The notes beneath the pieces were generated by a model. That model had not been told where the DNA came from and did no database searches. It was given only the letters and a program-made list of their open reading frames with translations. A program made the position numbers and the translations under genes. DNA of 63,809 nt, filler included, from Lenisia limosa (taxonomy: Eukaryota > Protista > Breviatea), in the NCBI GenBank assembly GCA_001655205.1. It is 21 parts of 21 records of this genome, joined end to end, with 100 filler letters (N's around TTAATTAATTAA, not from the genome) between each part and the next. Parts side by side here need not be neighbours in the genome. Positions count along the whole stretch, not along the records: positions 16,945 to 31,327 come from LPNZ01005952.1; positions 31,428 to 32,474 come from LPNZ01000533.1; positions 32,575 to 34,688 come from LPNZ01006914.1; positions 34,789 to 39,289 come from LPNZ01004339.1; 17 more parts are not named here. One strand, given 5' to 3'. Below are positions 23,501-36,480 of this stretch, one piece after another. Position 1 is the first letter of the stretch; each line of letters opens with the position of its first letter.

Positions 23501-25513
23501 ACAAATCTAGGCCCTGTGGCGCCTTTATGATCAGATATCACAGCGCATTGGCATATACAAGGTTGAGATCACTGGTGACGGTTGGAAGGGGAGGGGGGTG
23601 GCCGCCTCTGTGAAACGTTTGGAGTGCTCTCATTGGCGCTCCGAAAAAAAACCCATTAATATCTCAAAAATGCCTGATCGTTTTTCGCAGCGACAATCGT
23701 TTCACACTATTGTTCTTGTTAGTACCTTTCGTGTTTATTGAGAAACAAACATGATATGGTCCTATTTTCACCTTCCCAGAATGGTATGGCATCTGTGGTG
23801 CTCCCACTGAAGACCCAAAGCACGCAGAGAAGGTCGTTGATTTCAGTTTCCGTGGGTTTTGGGAGGGTATGATTTGGCGGATTCCTTCTATGTATCAATA
23901 TTATCAGTATTAATTCTGTAGAAATCCTGGAAGCTCTGAGTCACTTTATTACACCGGAAGGTTTGATTTGCTAAAACAATGAAAACGGGAGTGAATATGT
24001 TAACTTCCCGATGATGAACATTCAGAGCTTAATTATTATGATGTGATGTTACCATCGCCGTCTTAATGAGACAGGAAAGCCTATCGAGATTCGGGTCGGC
24101 GTACACACAGGCAGTGTATCATGCGGTGTTGTTGGGCTGACCACGCCCCAGTTTGTAGGTATGTCCTTTGTCATATGGATTAATTCATCTTATTTTGGGT
24201 GGTAATTATTACTTCCGTATTGGATCTGACCAATGTAGTTATTGGAGATACTGTGAATTTCGCATCTAGACTTCAAAGCAGCGGTATGTGCAATTCCTTT
24301 TTTCTTTTTATATTTTCTTGTTGTGTATGCTGATGTAGTGGGAGTGGATGTAGCCGAAGGACCTCACCGAATTATTATGACTCCACTCCACAGCATTCCA
24401 GAGAATACGTGAACAGAGTTATAATCGTCTACAGGTATCCCTGGCAAAGTCCACATCTCAGAGGAAACCTACTCAAGACTCAAAGAAGTGGCAGGCTACA
24501 ACTTCAAAAAAATGGACCCCATTGAACTTAAGGTGGGCGGAGGGTTGTCTATTGGAATCACAGCTTCACTTCGGTTCAAAAAGGACTGAATTTCTCGATA
24601 AAACCTCGAAAACTATCGATATTATACCAGTATTTTTCGAACCGAAGTGAAGCGCTAACCTTTCCCTCTATTCACATGCCAACATGATCAAAAAATTCAT
24701 GAGCAGGATTTTAATCCCGAGATTACCCTCAGCGATCTATTGACATCCTTAGGGCAAGGGATCAGTCACGACCTACTACGTGGAGCCCTCTCTGAAACTG
24801 AATCCGGTCCCGGAGGCAAAGTTACATGGCATGAACGAGTCCAACTCCTGGGTCATGCAGCCCTCCTTCAGCCTCGAAAGCATCGGGTCAAAGTAACCTG
24901 GGGTTCTTAGTCTCAAACGAAGCGAACTGCTCATTATGAAATGAGGATCTTTTCCGAAAAACTTGGGTGTTCCTCATTTCTGCTTACTCTCCAGACACAG
25001 TCGCGCCAGTAGCAAATGGACAGGAACCAGTTACACCATTACGCCTCCCCTTCCACTACCCTCTGTATGCAGCCAGAGTAGTGTTTTTTTTTACGATTTT
25101 TCGAAATGTTCCGATTTACCCCCCCCCCCAGGTTGTCCAAGTTGAGACCACGCCAGGCTCAGTGAGTCCCACGAGAAACGACATTTCCAGCTCAGGTCGG
25201 GAACAGAACTTCGAACAGTTTAGCGTTTTCTTAATTCTGTCTTTTTTTTTTTTTACTTCATTCCAGATGACGATGACGAAAGACGCGAAGGTATTCCCAT
25301 CGCTCCAATCCCCATCCGTAACCCCATGTGAGCACCATTTGGGAATAGTCACTGATTACAACAATATGAACTATATAAATATTATTTATGTTGCTTTTGT
25401 ACATACACCATTGACCTTGTAGAACCAAGAAACCAGCCCCGAATCTGCGGAAGCCATCCCCAATCGAATCACCTTCGATACTGAGCCCCCGAAGCCCTGC
25501 CGCTCAACCCTAA
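20543..25513 (+). CDS. Multi-TM + PAS + class III adenylate/guanylate cyclase (roughly 20 exons)
   Basis: TM exons; PAS exon (FLDVLESVHESVLVVDAAGAVMAANDPACAIL); helix EEKARSDRLLYNMLPKSVADRLR; catalytic domain NVTIFFSDV|VGFTAMSS..YKVEITGD|EWYGICG..IRVGVHTGSVSCGVVGLTTPQFVVIGDTVNFASRLQSSG|IPGKVHISEETY..ELK|GKGSVTTYYV; S/P-rich tail ending at TAA 25511-25513. Confidence 0.93.
24559..24657. mobile_element. Family A hAT MITE inside a cyclase intron
   Basis: GCTTCACTTCGGTTCAAAAAGGAC..TTTTTCGAACCGAAGTGAAGCGCTA lies in the intron between the ELK and GKG exons. Confidence 0.88.
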
Positions 25514-25665
25514 TATGATCGTATTATGATTACTATTACTGTTATGTTCTCTGTCTGATTTCAACTCTCATAATTATGTACATTACTTTCAGGTTTTTAA
25601 AGGATTAACATGGGTCATTTAAACATAATCATGCTATTTTGAAATAGAGCAATGCTACATAAAAA

Positions 25666-27590
25666 CTACACTTGAGCGTAAATAAGAATCTTGTGTGTGT
25701 TGTCTTGGGCATAGCTCTGGTCGCAGCCTACCGCAATAATACCTGCTTCAGACATGGTGAAGGAGGCGCTGGACGCGTTAGAGTTGATGGCGATTGACAG
25801 CCAACTCACCGGTGAGACGCACCCCCCGTGAGAGTCTTGGATCCTTCACAAAGACCTATGCCATTGTAGTGGTCATTGCTTTCGTCTTTACCACAAATAT
25901 AGGCATTTTGATAGCCCAAGGCACCTCCAACTCCAACTGCGTACCTATCAATGTCAAAATAAAGTTTGTGTGTTTGAGGATAGATATTTTAATAAATCAC
26001 ATCTTACCAGTAAGATGAACCAGAAATTTCATAGCGGTTGGGGGTGTAGCTTGAGATGCCTGGATTGTGATTGTCAAATGATGGAATTTGTTACCGTGTC
26101 TCTACTCCCCTACGTTACCGTTTTGTGTGTAGGTTGACCAAGACATGCCAGAGTTCTTGGTGCAAACAAACTAAAAAGGATAACCACCGATAAAACAAAA
26201 GAAAGAATATGAAAAAAAAAAAAAAAAAAAANNNNNNNNNNNNNNNNNNNNNNNNNNNNNNNNNNNNNNNNNNNNNNNNNNNNNNNNNNNNNNNNNNNNN
26301 NNNNNNNNTATCAACGATGGAGAGAATGCCATTGAACTCAGTCGGCACAGGGGAGGCTGAAAGAGACTGTAGTGGGTAGAAGAGGAAATGGACAAATTAT
26401 ATGAATTTTTCAGGAGGATTTACTGGTTGAGTCTTTTGTTGCATACCTTGCCACCCGAAACGAAATCAACAGTGGGGTAGTACTTTGGCTGGAGAAATGA
26501 AAAGGGTAATTAATGACGATTGTCTTGCAACGTCATCATAGAAGTTCAGCAATGCCCAAACCAGCCCCACATTTCCTGAAGTACTTCCTTCAACTCCACC
26601 AAGAAGCGTGTAGCCGTTTCCATCACAATAACCTGTGGGGGTGGTGACTTTATTCGCAGGGAGAAAGACAGCAATGGTCGCATATTGGATGCTTACGGGG
26701 TACGACCTGGCCTGAAACTTGCACCAGGTTTACACCAGGGACAACGACTGAACTGCAGGATGCTGCAGGGTGAGCGAAAGGGGTGATTCAAAGGACTGGT
26801 CCCGGGCTTTATATTACACATTTAGCTTGATCCACTCCATGCATACAATAGCATTGGGGGATTTCGCTCCAACCAGTGACGGGGTCACATGTGACGTTGA
26901 AGGCTGATGGCACTCCTGCGGTGCAACTTACCTAAAGACCGGTCACTCTACCGGACCAAAAGACAGAGTTTCTTGATAAACAAAGAGTCCCCCTCAATTA
27001 AAGCAGACAGAAACTACAACCAACCAAAAACCAAAATAGAAAACTCAGCTAGGTGGGGGGGAGGGGGGTTGGTGAAGAAATATAGGTAAACATAATGGAT
27101 AGGAACCCGGCTCACATCACAATTTCCTCCCTTGTTAGTGTAGAAATCCGCATCACATAAAAGGGAGACATGAGGATGCATTGTAGCAGGTCGACCAAAG
27201 CAAAGACCCTTAAGTGTCAGCTATGTATAGCAAAAGTTCTACTGTTTGCCAAAAGCAAAATAATCTTAGCGTAACTGACCGAGGCCGTTCACATTTAAAT
27301 ATTGACCATACAAAACCTTCACAAAGAGATTATATTAAACCGTACCGGATAGTTGCTGAGTACTGCCTCAAGTCGGGCCTAAAAATATCAATGCTATCTT
27401 CATGATTAGTTCACTTTTCACCTTTGTTACGATGACCGACAAGTTTCAAAAGGACTCTTATGACTATAATATACAACTTCTCTTCCAACTCACATTATTG
27501 ACAGCATCACTGCTTACGGAAGACTCAGAAAAAGAGGCTTGGACGTCACCCGATGTGCTCAGGCTGAAGATTGTGTAATCATCACAAAAA
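25666..27590 (-). CDS. Probable secreted/extracellular protein with a Sushi/CCP-like motif, partial
   Basis: Exons GVPSAFNVTCDPVTGWSEIPQCY, GYCDGNGYTLLGGVEG.., PKYYPTVDFVSGGK, YAVGVGGALGYQNAYICG.. and ASFTMSEAGIIAVGCDQ..KILIYAQV*. Confidence 0.45.
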
Positions 27591-28279
27591 ACATAAGTTA
27601 TAATAATATGTTGGTCACCCCCCCCCCTCCCCATCTGATCCNNNNNNNNNNNNNNNNNNNNNNCTTCTCATGATGATGTTGTGAAGAGACTGTGGACTGT
27701 GTTACGATGTAGATTTCTATTATTTATTATTCTCTATTATTTATTTATATTTATATCATTTTTTTTTCTCTATTTATTAGTTTTATCAGCTGAGAATGGA
27801 GAATGGAGAAAACCAACAAGAACAGCTTCCCGGTACGCACCGGGCGTAATTCCTCCGCTAAGCTGGTGTTATGTAAACTGAAACGAAAAAGTGGCGTGGA
27901 GTTTGCGCGNNNNNNNNNNNNNNNNNNNNNNNNNNNNNNNNNNNNNNNNNNNNNNNNNNNNNNNNNNNNNNNNNNNNNNNNNNNNNNNNNNNNNNNNNNN
28001 NNNNNNNNNNNNNNNNNNNNNNNNNAATTTAAATAATTATATTATCGCAGCTCCATCGTAATATTTTAAAAGAGACTAAACAAATCGTGAAAGTCCTTCT
28101 TTTTTTATCTTCTACATAGCGAGTTTAGACCGGTTTTCTCTCAGCTAAGCCATCTCCTTCGTCTTCAACCGGTTCTATAGTAGGTTGTTCAATTGAAGAA
28201 GTTTTCACAGCTTAGGAGCGAAAATTCCGCTGTTCGAAAGAGTAATATCACAAGGGGCTATTTTGTGTGAAGGATAAAA

Positions 28280-30725
28280 ATGGCGGATCCACCCTTGAAA
28301 GGTTTGCAACAGTCTTCAACGCTCAGACGGATTCCATGGCCTTCATATTTCAGACGCCTTCGTTTGGGGTGGCGTGTCAGGAGTCGCCGCTGATTTCCTC
28401 CTTCACCCTCTTGACACCCTTCGTGTTCGCATGCAGGTTAGTTTTCTGGTGTTGCAGGTCATATCCACAATCTTGTATCATATCTTTGAGAGTTAGCAAT
28501 TGATTAGTTTCGAAAGGAAAAATGTTTCAGTGTTCTCAGACCAGAAAACTCCAGACAATATTAATATGTTTACTATCGACCCAGTGGTTTCCTTCAATTA
28601 TTTTTCACAGTGTTTTTTTAACATCGAAATTTCTCATACCTTAGGTACAGAAGCAACCCCCCTTTAGGTACACAATGTGGAATGGTATTCCAAAAATCTT
28701 TTCGGTATGTGAGTATTTATGTTAGTTCAGAATAAATGCAATTGATGAACCTGGACGCTGTACAAACATTTCACTTGTATTAGTTGTTTCAGCCATATTT
28801 ACTCAGTCAAAGTCCAATTATATAACATAACGCAGGAGGGAGCACAGTCCATCTTAAGTGGCAGCCTCACCATGATCCTTGGAACGGTGCCGGCCTCGGC
28901 TATCTATTTCATGACGTACGAATACCTCAAGGACAAAGTGGCAACGTTAAAGTAGGCTTCTTTGCAAGATGATCCCTTCCTATAAAAGGAAGTTCAGCTT
29001 ATCTTAATCTTCTTGTAACCTTATACACTACTTTCTCACATGTAAATAAGACTTATAATAACAATATGATATGTAATCTCATTTATGTTATTAAGCTGAA
29101 TAATGAGCCACCCCGTTACACTATTTCTACAGAATGTTGCCCCTCCCGGCCGTGCAGTTCATTGCCGGGGCGGCTGCCGAGTTGTCGTATACGGCGGTTT
29201 TCGTCCCTTTTGAAGTTGTGAAGCAGCGCTATCAGCTACAATGTATGCTCTTGCTCTCCTTATGTTTTGAAAATATCAACATTAGAAGATGACACTGCGT
29301 TTTGTTAGTGGAGGTTATTTGTTTTTGCAGTCGACCTTTTTTGTTTACTCTTAAAGCTATGGCTGCTTCAGATTGGAGAAGAGGTATACCTCCAACAAAA
29401 CACACTACAAAGGTTGGAGAAGAATGATTAAGTGTGTTGTTCCGTCTTATCAAAACTAATAATGGCAGTATTTATTCCGATATGGTTCAATAATGTCGTC
29501 ATTTCGCGGGATTTGGAAAACCCAGCGCATTGCAGGACTTTACAATGGTTTGCATGTTGGTCTATATTGTTACCAGACCTCATGCTATTGTGAGTGTCAC
29601 TATTTTTCTGTAATGTCAATGCCTTTTCTCTTTTTTTGACAAGTTCTGACCAATCAGGTGCTGGGGCAACTCTTTTAGTGGATGTTCCATACACCAGTCT
29701 TTTCTTCGTGCAATACGAAGCTATAAAAGTACGTTATTGAAAGTAATTTTATAATCTAATATGATTGCTTGTGTAGTACATTTGTACGATAATAGTGTTT
29801 GGTAATATTGGCTGATGCAGTTGGTGTGTATTGTAGTCACATTTTCTCCCTTACTGGAAGCGCAGTATGGTTTGATATGTATGATATAGTATGTACTCAC
29901 ACCGGCAGAAAATAATGAAGTCTTTTGGCGAGCGTGATCTTTCGGGCTCCGAATATGGATTAGGTTTGTGGTTGTCTCTAAATCTCAATATTTCAATATT
30001 GTAACACGTTGACACGCTTTTCAGTCTCTCTACTGTTTACTTCCGAAAATATAATAGGATCAGATGACTTGATCCGTGAAATACCCCTGCTAACACTAAC
30101 ACTACAGCCGCCTTAGGTGTAGGTATTGTTACCGCAACCTTGACTAACCCGATGGACGTTATCAAAACCCGAAGACAGACGAGTTCGCTGTCTTGGGGGC
30201 AGGTGGGAAAGATATATCTGTATTGGATATTGATACACTAAGTAGCAAAGCTGATACCTTGAACCATTTGATGCAGAACAGTTTTCAGACCTTGGTCAAG
30301 TGAGATGCCTGTAGATGTCAAGACTGTTCTGTTCAAACATTTGAACTGATTTTAGTAACGCAGATATTCGGGAGTATCTATGCTCACGAAGGAGCAATGG
30401 GGTTCTTTCGAGGTGTTGGTCCCAGGGTAGCCGGGGTCTGTTATTCTTTCTCCAAAAAAGGGCTTACGCGGATGATAAAAACATTGAACACCCTCGTGGA
30501 TCTTTGACAACAATTTGAATTTGAATTTCACTGACGCAGATCGGGTGGCAAGCGTTCCATTCTGCACTGATGTTTCAGGTGAGGAAGGCAAAGGGGGAGG
30601 GGATTTCCGGTGATGATCAGCGTGATAATTGTATAATAATTAAAAACTAATCGATGACGGGATATTGGAAGTATTTTTTGACCCCTTAGTTCTATGAGCT
30701 TTGCATGAATCACTTCAAGCGGTGA
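28280..30725 (+). CDS. Mitochondrial carrier (SLC25), most like the S-adenosylmethionine carrier group
   Basis: Three carrier signatures (HPLDTLRVRMQ, VPFEVVKQRYQ, NPMDVIKTRRQ) plus GTVPASAIYFMTYE, DVPYTSLFFVQYE and EGAMGFFRGVGPR; Glu in AGAAAEL as in SAMC/Pet8; ATG at 28280, TGA at 30723-30725. Confidence 0.92.
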
Positions 30726-30947
30726 TTGCTATATTAATGTTTTGTTGAGTTTTGACTGTATTCTGAGAGAGAATACCGTATTTCTTATTATTTATTCTGT
30801 CAATGTTGACTTCATTTGTCTGTTTGAACCAACCCTCCAGTCCGAATTAAACCAATATCGAAACAAGATATTATAAATATCATTTCATTTATTTTGATTG
30901 TAGCCTGTTTGTAACAAAAGCCAACATACATAAACACAAACCCCTCG

Positions 30948-31206
30948 TCAGCATCGTTTCTTCTTGGCTGGAACAGCCTTGAAGGGCACATCACCACACA
31001 CGTGCACCTCACATCCAAGGTCTCGGAAGCAAGCAGCCTGGAAAGTTAGAAACTGAGTGTTGTTTCGTTTGCTCATGTGAAAAACAAAATAAAAAGAGAT
31101 AATAGTATTATGGCTCTTTCTTATGATACCAAATGCCAATCTCCAATATCCCCACCTTGGCAGCAGCGGCCTCAATTGCTGACTCCAGCGATTTGCCGTA
31201 AGCCAC
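30948..31206 (-). CDS. Last two exons of an unknown gene, convergent with the carrier
   Basis: VAYGKSLESAIEAAAAK|AACFRDLGCEVHVCGDVPFKAVPAKKKRC*, with a CTAAC branch-like site before the acceptor. Confidence 0.5.
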
Positions 31207-31967
31207 CTTGAGGGTCAGAAAACCATTCAGCGATTAAAGTGAAGTGGCTTTCATTATAACAAATGATGTAACTAAAAAAAGGGGATGTAGAGCGCATAGC
31301 ATATGATACTAGGTGACCATACATAACNNNNNNNNNNNNNNNNNNNNNNNNNNNNNNNNNNNNNNNNNNNNTTAATTAATTAANNNNNNNNNNNNNNNNN
31401 NNNNNNNNNNNNNNNNNNNNNNNNNNNACCTCAACAACAACATGTCTGTCACCCCTCACACCTCAACAACAACATGTCTGTCACCCCATCCAATTGGTGT
31501 GTGGTGCGTGTGGTACTTGTTTGTGCTGTCAATGCCTGAAATATGAATTCAGCTAATGAAAATGTCAAGTGGAAAATATGACTTAATTACAAGTGAACGA
31601 AGCCGTTTAAATCATCAGTATCACCGCCCCCAACATATTACCACCCCCCTTTGTTGAGCTTCAGTTCGGCCAAAAGGAAAAGTAAATGAGCATTGCTTCA
31701 GTTGAGATTTAGCGCGATTTTTTTTGAGGATTTATCAAAATTATTGAGAGCGTTTTGCCACCCACCCATTTGCCGCTCAATCGACTCATCGTTTGTCTGG
31801 TTGGAGGCGGCCTGGTCTTGGTATGTCAAGCCCCTCCGGTTCCCTGGTTAAGGGTGTTAGAGGTTCCCTGGTTAAGGGTGTTAGAGGTTTCATGAGGGTT
31901 GAATCGAGATACATTGCTGGACTGTCCTGGATGAAGGGTTTGAAGTAATGATATTAATGGGTATGGG

Positions 31968-32052
31968 TTGGGCTTCACTTTGATTCGAAAGAACGATAAA
32001 ATATCAAGGGTTGATCGAGGATTTATCGAAAATTTCACGAATATAAGCCTTA
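31968..32052. mobile_element. Family A MITE (diverged)
   Basis: TTGGGCTTCACTTTGATTCG..GAGGATTTATCGA..AAGCCTTA. Confidence 0.7.
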
Positions 32053-32739
32053 GGAAGGGACAAGGAGGGCATACCAGGGGGTTCGGGTGCCTTGGATTTT
32101 GACAGTAGTAAGCTTTGCTGCTCATCTTGCTCCATCACCCATCCTGCGTTGTAACAAACGGACGAGTTAATAAAATCCTGCGTTATAACAAACGGTCGAA
32201 GCCTTCGACTTTATCAATTTTATAAGATAAAACTATATGATAGATGATATGTATCCGATTTCCCTGTAGAAATGACATATCGCTCAATATCGAATAAGGT
32301 CACTGTTTATACTATGACATAGTATCTGAAAGTTGGTTATTTGATCATATCACCAGTGGATATGGACAATATCCCTACCCGGAGTAGGGGAAGGGGTGTC
32401 GTCGTCATCTTCGAGAGATTCTAAAGATGATGATGTGTCTAATTCACGAAAGATGGAGTGGGAGGGGGGGGGGGNNNNNNNNNNNNNNNNNNNNNNNNNN
32501 NNNNNNNNNNNNNNNNNNTTAATTAATTAANNNNNNNNNNNNNNNNNNNNNNNNNNNNNNNNNNNNNNNNNNNNCGGGGGGAACTCTTGTTTTTGAGGTC
32601 TTGATGGTGAATGAAATCATTCCAATTATAACAAATAATCAAACGGATATGGCAACATAGTGAGAAAATTAATGAAAACGGAATAAATGTGAAAGAGAAA
32701 CTGTCAAATCAAATCAAAAATTATTATTTATATACATAC

Positions 32740-34640
32740 ATATCAGTATATCATAGATTTGGTATCTCCCACTTGGGTCGAATCCTTGGAGAGATATCGG
32801 GGCATCCACAACTGCAGCAAATTCGCTAAAGGAGAAAGTTAGCTGAGAGAACAGCAGGAGGAGATGGTCCGGTAAAATTGGGTAATAATAATATTTTTGA
32901 ACCCGTTAAAAGGGCAATATGAGGCCGAAGACATCCATCGCTTATAAGATAATATTAGAATATTGCAAATATAATATTAATTCACCCAATCATTTGCCTT
33001 ACAACTCTGTACACACAGTTTTCACACAGAGTATATAATATGATGAAAGTGGTATTATACAGAAAATTTTGAGAATTATTGACATAACCCGTACGTGTTT
33101 GAGAGATATCAATAACAAACATATAACTACTACAAGATATCAATACCACATAACCACAATCTAAAACACAAAACCACTACGTGTATGAGATATCATTAAC
33201 TAAAAATACAATCCCCACCTTGGATAAGGGGTTTGATCCGGCGATCCATTGATGGAACTCAGATTGGACGGCAGGTCTGGGGGGCTTCCCTTGGGGAGTA
33301 AAATTGGTAATTTTATGAAACAAAAAACAAAAACCCAAAGCAACCACGCAAAGGGTTGATAACAACAAAACTAACAACGCCAAGGCCAGTCGCTTCCAGC
33401 ACCACATCCCATCACTCCATGGGGGAGTAAAATTGGAAACTTTATGAAAGAAAAAAGCCCAAATCAACTCTGTTGGTTCCCCTGAGGGGTGACATGCTTT
33501 TAGGGTAAAAAGCAAGGTATTTATCAGGGTTTTATCGAGAAATTCAGTCTTTTTTTCGGAGCAGATAAGTGTGTCGACTTCCCTGAAGCAAGGGTGGTGA
33601 TGGGGCAATTCAAAGCGTATTCAAACTTCAAACCTTATTCAAAGCATCATCATCGAAATAGCCGTTATCTTCGGACAGCATGCTGGGGCTCAGGGGCGGT
33701 GACGACTGCAAACTGCCCATTGAGGTGTCCTGGGGCTATATCGTGAGATGGTGTAATGAGTCACAGCCAGGTCTTTCCTTCGGTCCGAAAAGACTGGTTA
33801 AATATCGATACTTTATCGAGAGATTCGGTCTTTTTTGGGAACGAAGTGAAGGCCCTGTTACAACACACTGAAGTTATCCACCATCACGCTAGAAGAGAAA
33901 TGCAGTCTTTAAGATCGTAAGGAGGTCCTACAATCCCTCGGACCATAAGCGTGGGCGGAGTGATGGGCTCGGGTTCAGGCCACTTGATCTGAAGAATAAN
34001 NNNNNNNNNNNNNNNNNNNNNNNNNNNNNNNNNNNNNNNNNNNNNNNNNNNNNNNNNNNNNNNNNNNNNNNNNNNNNNNNNNNNNNNNNNNNNNNNNNNN
34101 NNNNNNNNNNNNNNNNNNNNNNNNNNNNNNNNNNNNNNNNNNNNNNNNNNNNNNNGAAGGAAATTTCAATGAAGATTATTGGCGTAACGGTACAAATCAC
34201 GAGCCGAGTAACCTGAAGGTGGGGTGTAGTTCCACTCACCTGGGCGGCCGGGGAGGGAAGGTCGGGCAAAGACGCCGGAATATAATCCATATTTAAACCT
34301 GGGGGGCGAGTCGTGGCATGAAACGTCTGCAATGTGAGAGAAGAGGGGCGACTAGCTAACAGTAATCTTAGTGACCGAACTCTAATGCATTTTTTGAAAT
34401 CCCCGCTCTCCCTCTAATAACATATAAAGCACTTCATGAGATAATTAAAGCAGCCCCCCCCCCACCTGGTTGAGTATATCCGTATCGGGAGTCGGTACGG
34501 GCAAATCGTCCTCGACAGAGAAGGTACTGAACATGGCTGGTGGCTGGATCATAGATCGCCCGAGATTGGAGCTGGAGCCACGGAATCCCCTGTTGTTGTC
34601 ATGGGGTGTATATCGATGATATTCTCCTGCACAACAACCC
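32740..34640 (-). CDS. Ser/Pro-rich multi-exon gene, partial, unknown
   Basis: Exons such as PQDTSMGSLQSSPPLSPSMLSEDNGYFDDDALNK and GSPPDLPSNLSSINGSPDQTPY with GT/AG flanks. Confidence 0.45.
33290..33492 (-). repeat. Head-to-tail tandem pair of family D
   Basis: ..CCAATTTTACTCCCCC-ATGGAGTGATGGGATGTGGTGCTGGAAGCGACTGGCC..CCAATTTTACTCCCCAAG|exon. Confidence 0.85.
33768..33857. mobile_element. Family A MITE with CAG..CTG termini; a degenerate neighbour lies at 33501-33560
   Basis: CAGGTCTTTCCTTCGGTCCGAAAAGAC..GTCTTTTTGGGAACGAAGTGAAGGCCCTG. Confidence 0.75.
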
Positions 34641-34788
34641 TAGCCATCAAAAAAACAAAAAAAAAAAACAAAGGACTAAAATTAACAANNNNNNNNNNNN
34701 NNNNNNNNNNNNNNNNNNNNNNNNNNNNNNNNTTAATTAATTAANNNNNNNNNNNNNNNNNNNNNNNNNNNNNNNNNNNNNNNNNNNN

Positions 34789-35480
34789 CCGGCCGGAATC
34801 GAGGCGTTGGTGATGCCATCCATATCCAAAATCCGAGCTGTTTCAATGTTGGAGTCTTGGGTCATGGAGGAGGGCTGTGTTGTTAGGAGAATTCACCCGT
34901 ATGGTACTCCCAAACAGTCATAAGACAGTTAACAATCGTATGAAGGGTAGTAAACGTCCTAAACAAAATATAACAATCAGAGGAAAGTTGAGCATTTTTA
35001 AAACACTCAACACAGATTTCACAACATCACAAACCCAAAGATTGTTCAAATCCAGAGAAATTTCGGAGAGGAGCCATGTCGCCAATAAAAAAACCCACTA
35101 CCAGAGCAAAACAACGACAAGAATTCCTCTTCAGTAAAATTTTCCGAATTCTTCAATAAACAGACAATGTAACTTTATCTTTAATACTATTGATAAACCG
35201 GAAAGAATTGATATTGGGTAAAAACATGGAAAGGCTGGGAAAGAGAGCTACAAACCGGAAGAAGTCTAAGCCTGGCTCAACATTCAAATTAGCCTCTCTC
35301 ACTGTTCTTGCAATTGTGTTAGGGAGGGGAGGTGGGGACGAAGTCCGTTCAACATTGCGTCCTGACTGCCTGGTCTCTGAGAGTGTCAATTACCGAATCG
35401 CAGGATGTTTAAGACGTGCACAGAATCCTTATATAGCTTACTAAAGACAGGAGAGCTCATTGCGGCGAGTAGGCGTTAAA
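34789..35480 (-). CDS. 5' exons of an unknown gene
   Basis: MSSPVF|gtaagc, then ETRQSGRNVERTS, RTVREANLNVEPGLDFFR and PSSMTQDSNIETARILDMDG. Confidence 0.35.
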
Positions 35481-35909
35481 ATATACTGAGGAAAGAAGGG
35501 GTCTTTGTTGTTTCAATCATTTCAACAACATCTTACAGACATCTTATAAATATACCATGTGTTTCGAGTTCGACCCAAGTTCGACCTTCATCAACAACAT
35601 TTTTATGGTGGGGTGTACTACTACCAAAACATATCCTAGCATTCATAGCTTTTTTTTTCCCAATCGTTTTTAAATTTGTAGTTCAACGGTAATGGTCAAT
35701 TTGTAATGGTTCCCCGGTGGATTCCAAATAGCTGCCAAATGGATTCAATGTAGAGTGAATGTAGATGTATTTTTGAGGTATTTGGAATGGATTTGGGAAG
35801 GGGGTAGATGGGTGGATGGGCGGTGCTTTATGTTGATCATGTACAGCCCCGTTATTATTTTAAAGCAAACACATACAACTGTATTCAAAATAGTACCATA
35901 GTCGCAGGC

Positions 35910-36480
35910 TACCACCCCCGCTTTAATTTCCCTTCTTGGAGTTGGTTTTTTTGGTCTTCTTGAGATCCTACAAAATGAGCACATATTGGAGACAGAAAAG
36001 AGAAATAATAATGGGTCAACGACATTATAGTAATAAGAGTGAGAAATGAAATTGCGCTCATACAATCATGTTTATATGAGATATTGATTATAGATAATAC
36101 AGATTTTGGAAACATGGCATATAATACGCTCGGTAGAACTTATCATATCTGGCTAAGACATATCGATATACCCTCCATACTCCACCCCATTACATGCTTT
36201 GATATATGATATGAATAGAAGAATAAATATGACACGTAATGTGACCGAAATAAGTCCTCACATTTCCCTTGGGAAATCATGGATCAAATCGGTCAAGACT
36301 TATCCCGGTCACTGTACATGTCATATTTATTCTTCTATTCATATCATGTGTATATGCATATGATACATAATAAGTTCCTAACCTTGTTGGCGTTGAGGGT
36401 GGTCTTCGGCCTTGTTGTGAGTTTCGACCTTGAGGCCTTCTTTGCCTTACGTGCTGAAGAGGCTTGCTCCTTCTGGTAAT
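35910..36480 (-). CDS. Lys-rich terminal exons of an unknown gene
   Basis: Poly-C acceptor at 36481, then DYQKEQASSARKAKKASRSKLTTRPKTTLNANK|..|DLKKTKKTNSKKGN*. Confidence 0.4.
36239..36314. mobile_element. Family B MITE
   Basis: GTGACCGAAATAAGTC..AAATCGGTCAAGACTTATCCCGGTCACTG|TA. Confidence 0.8.
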
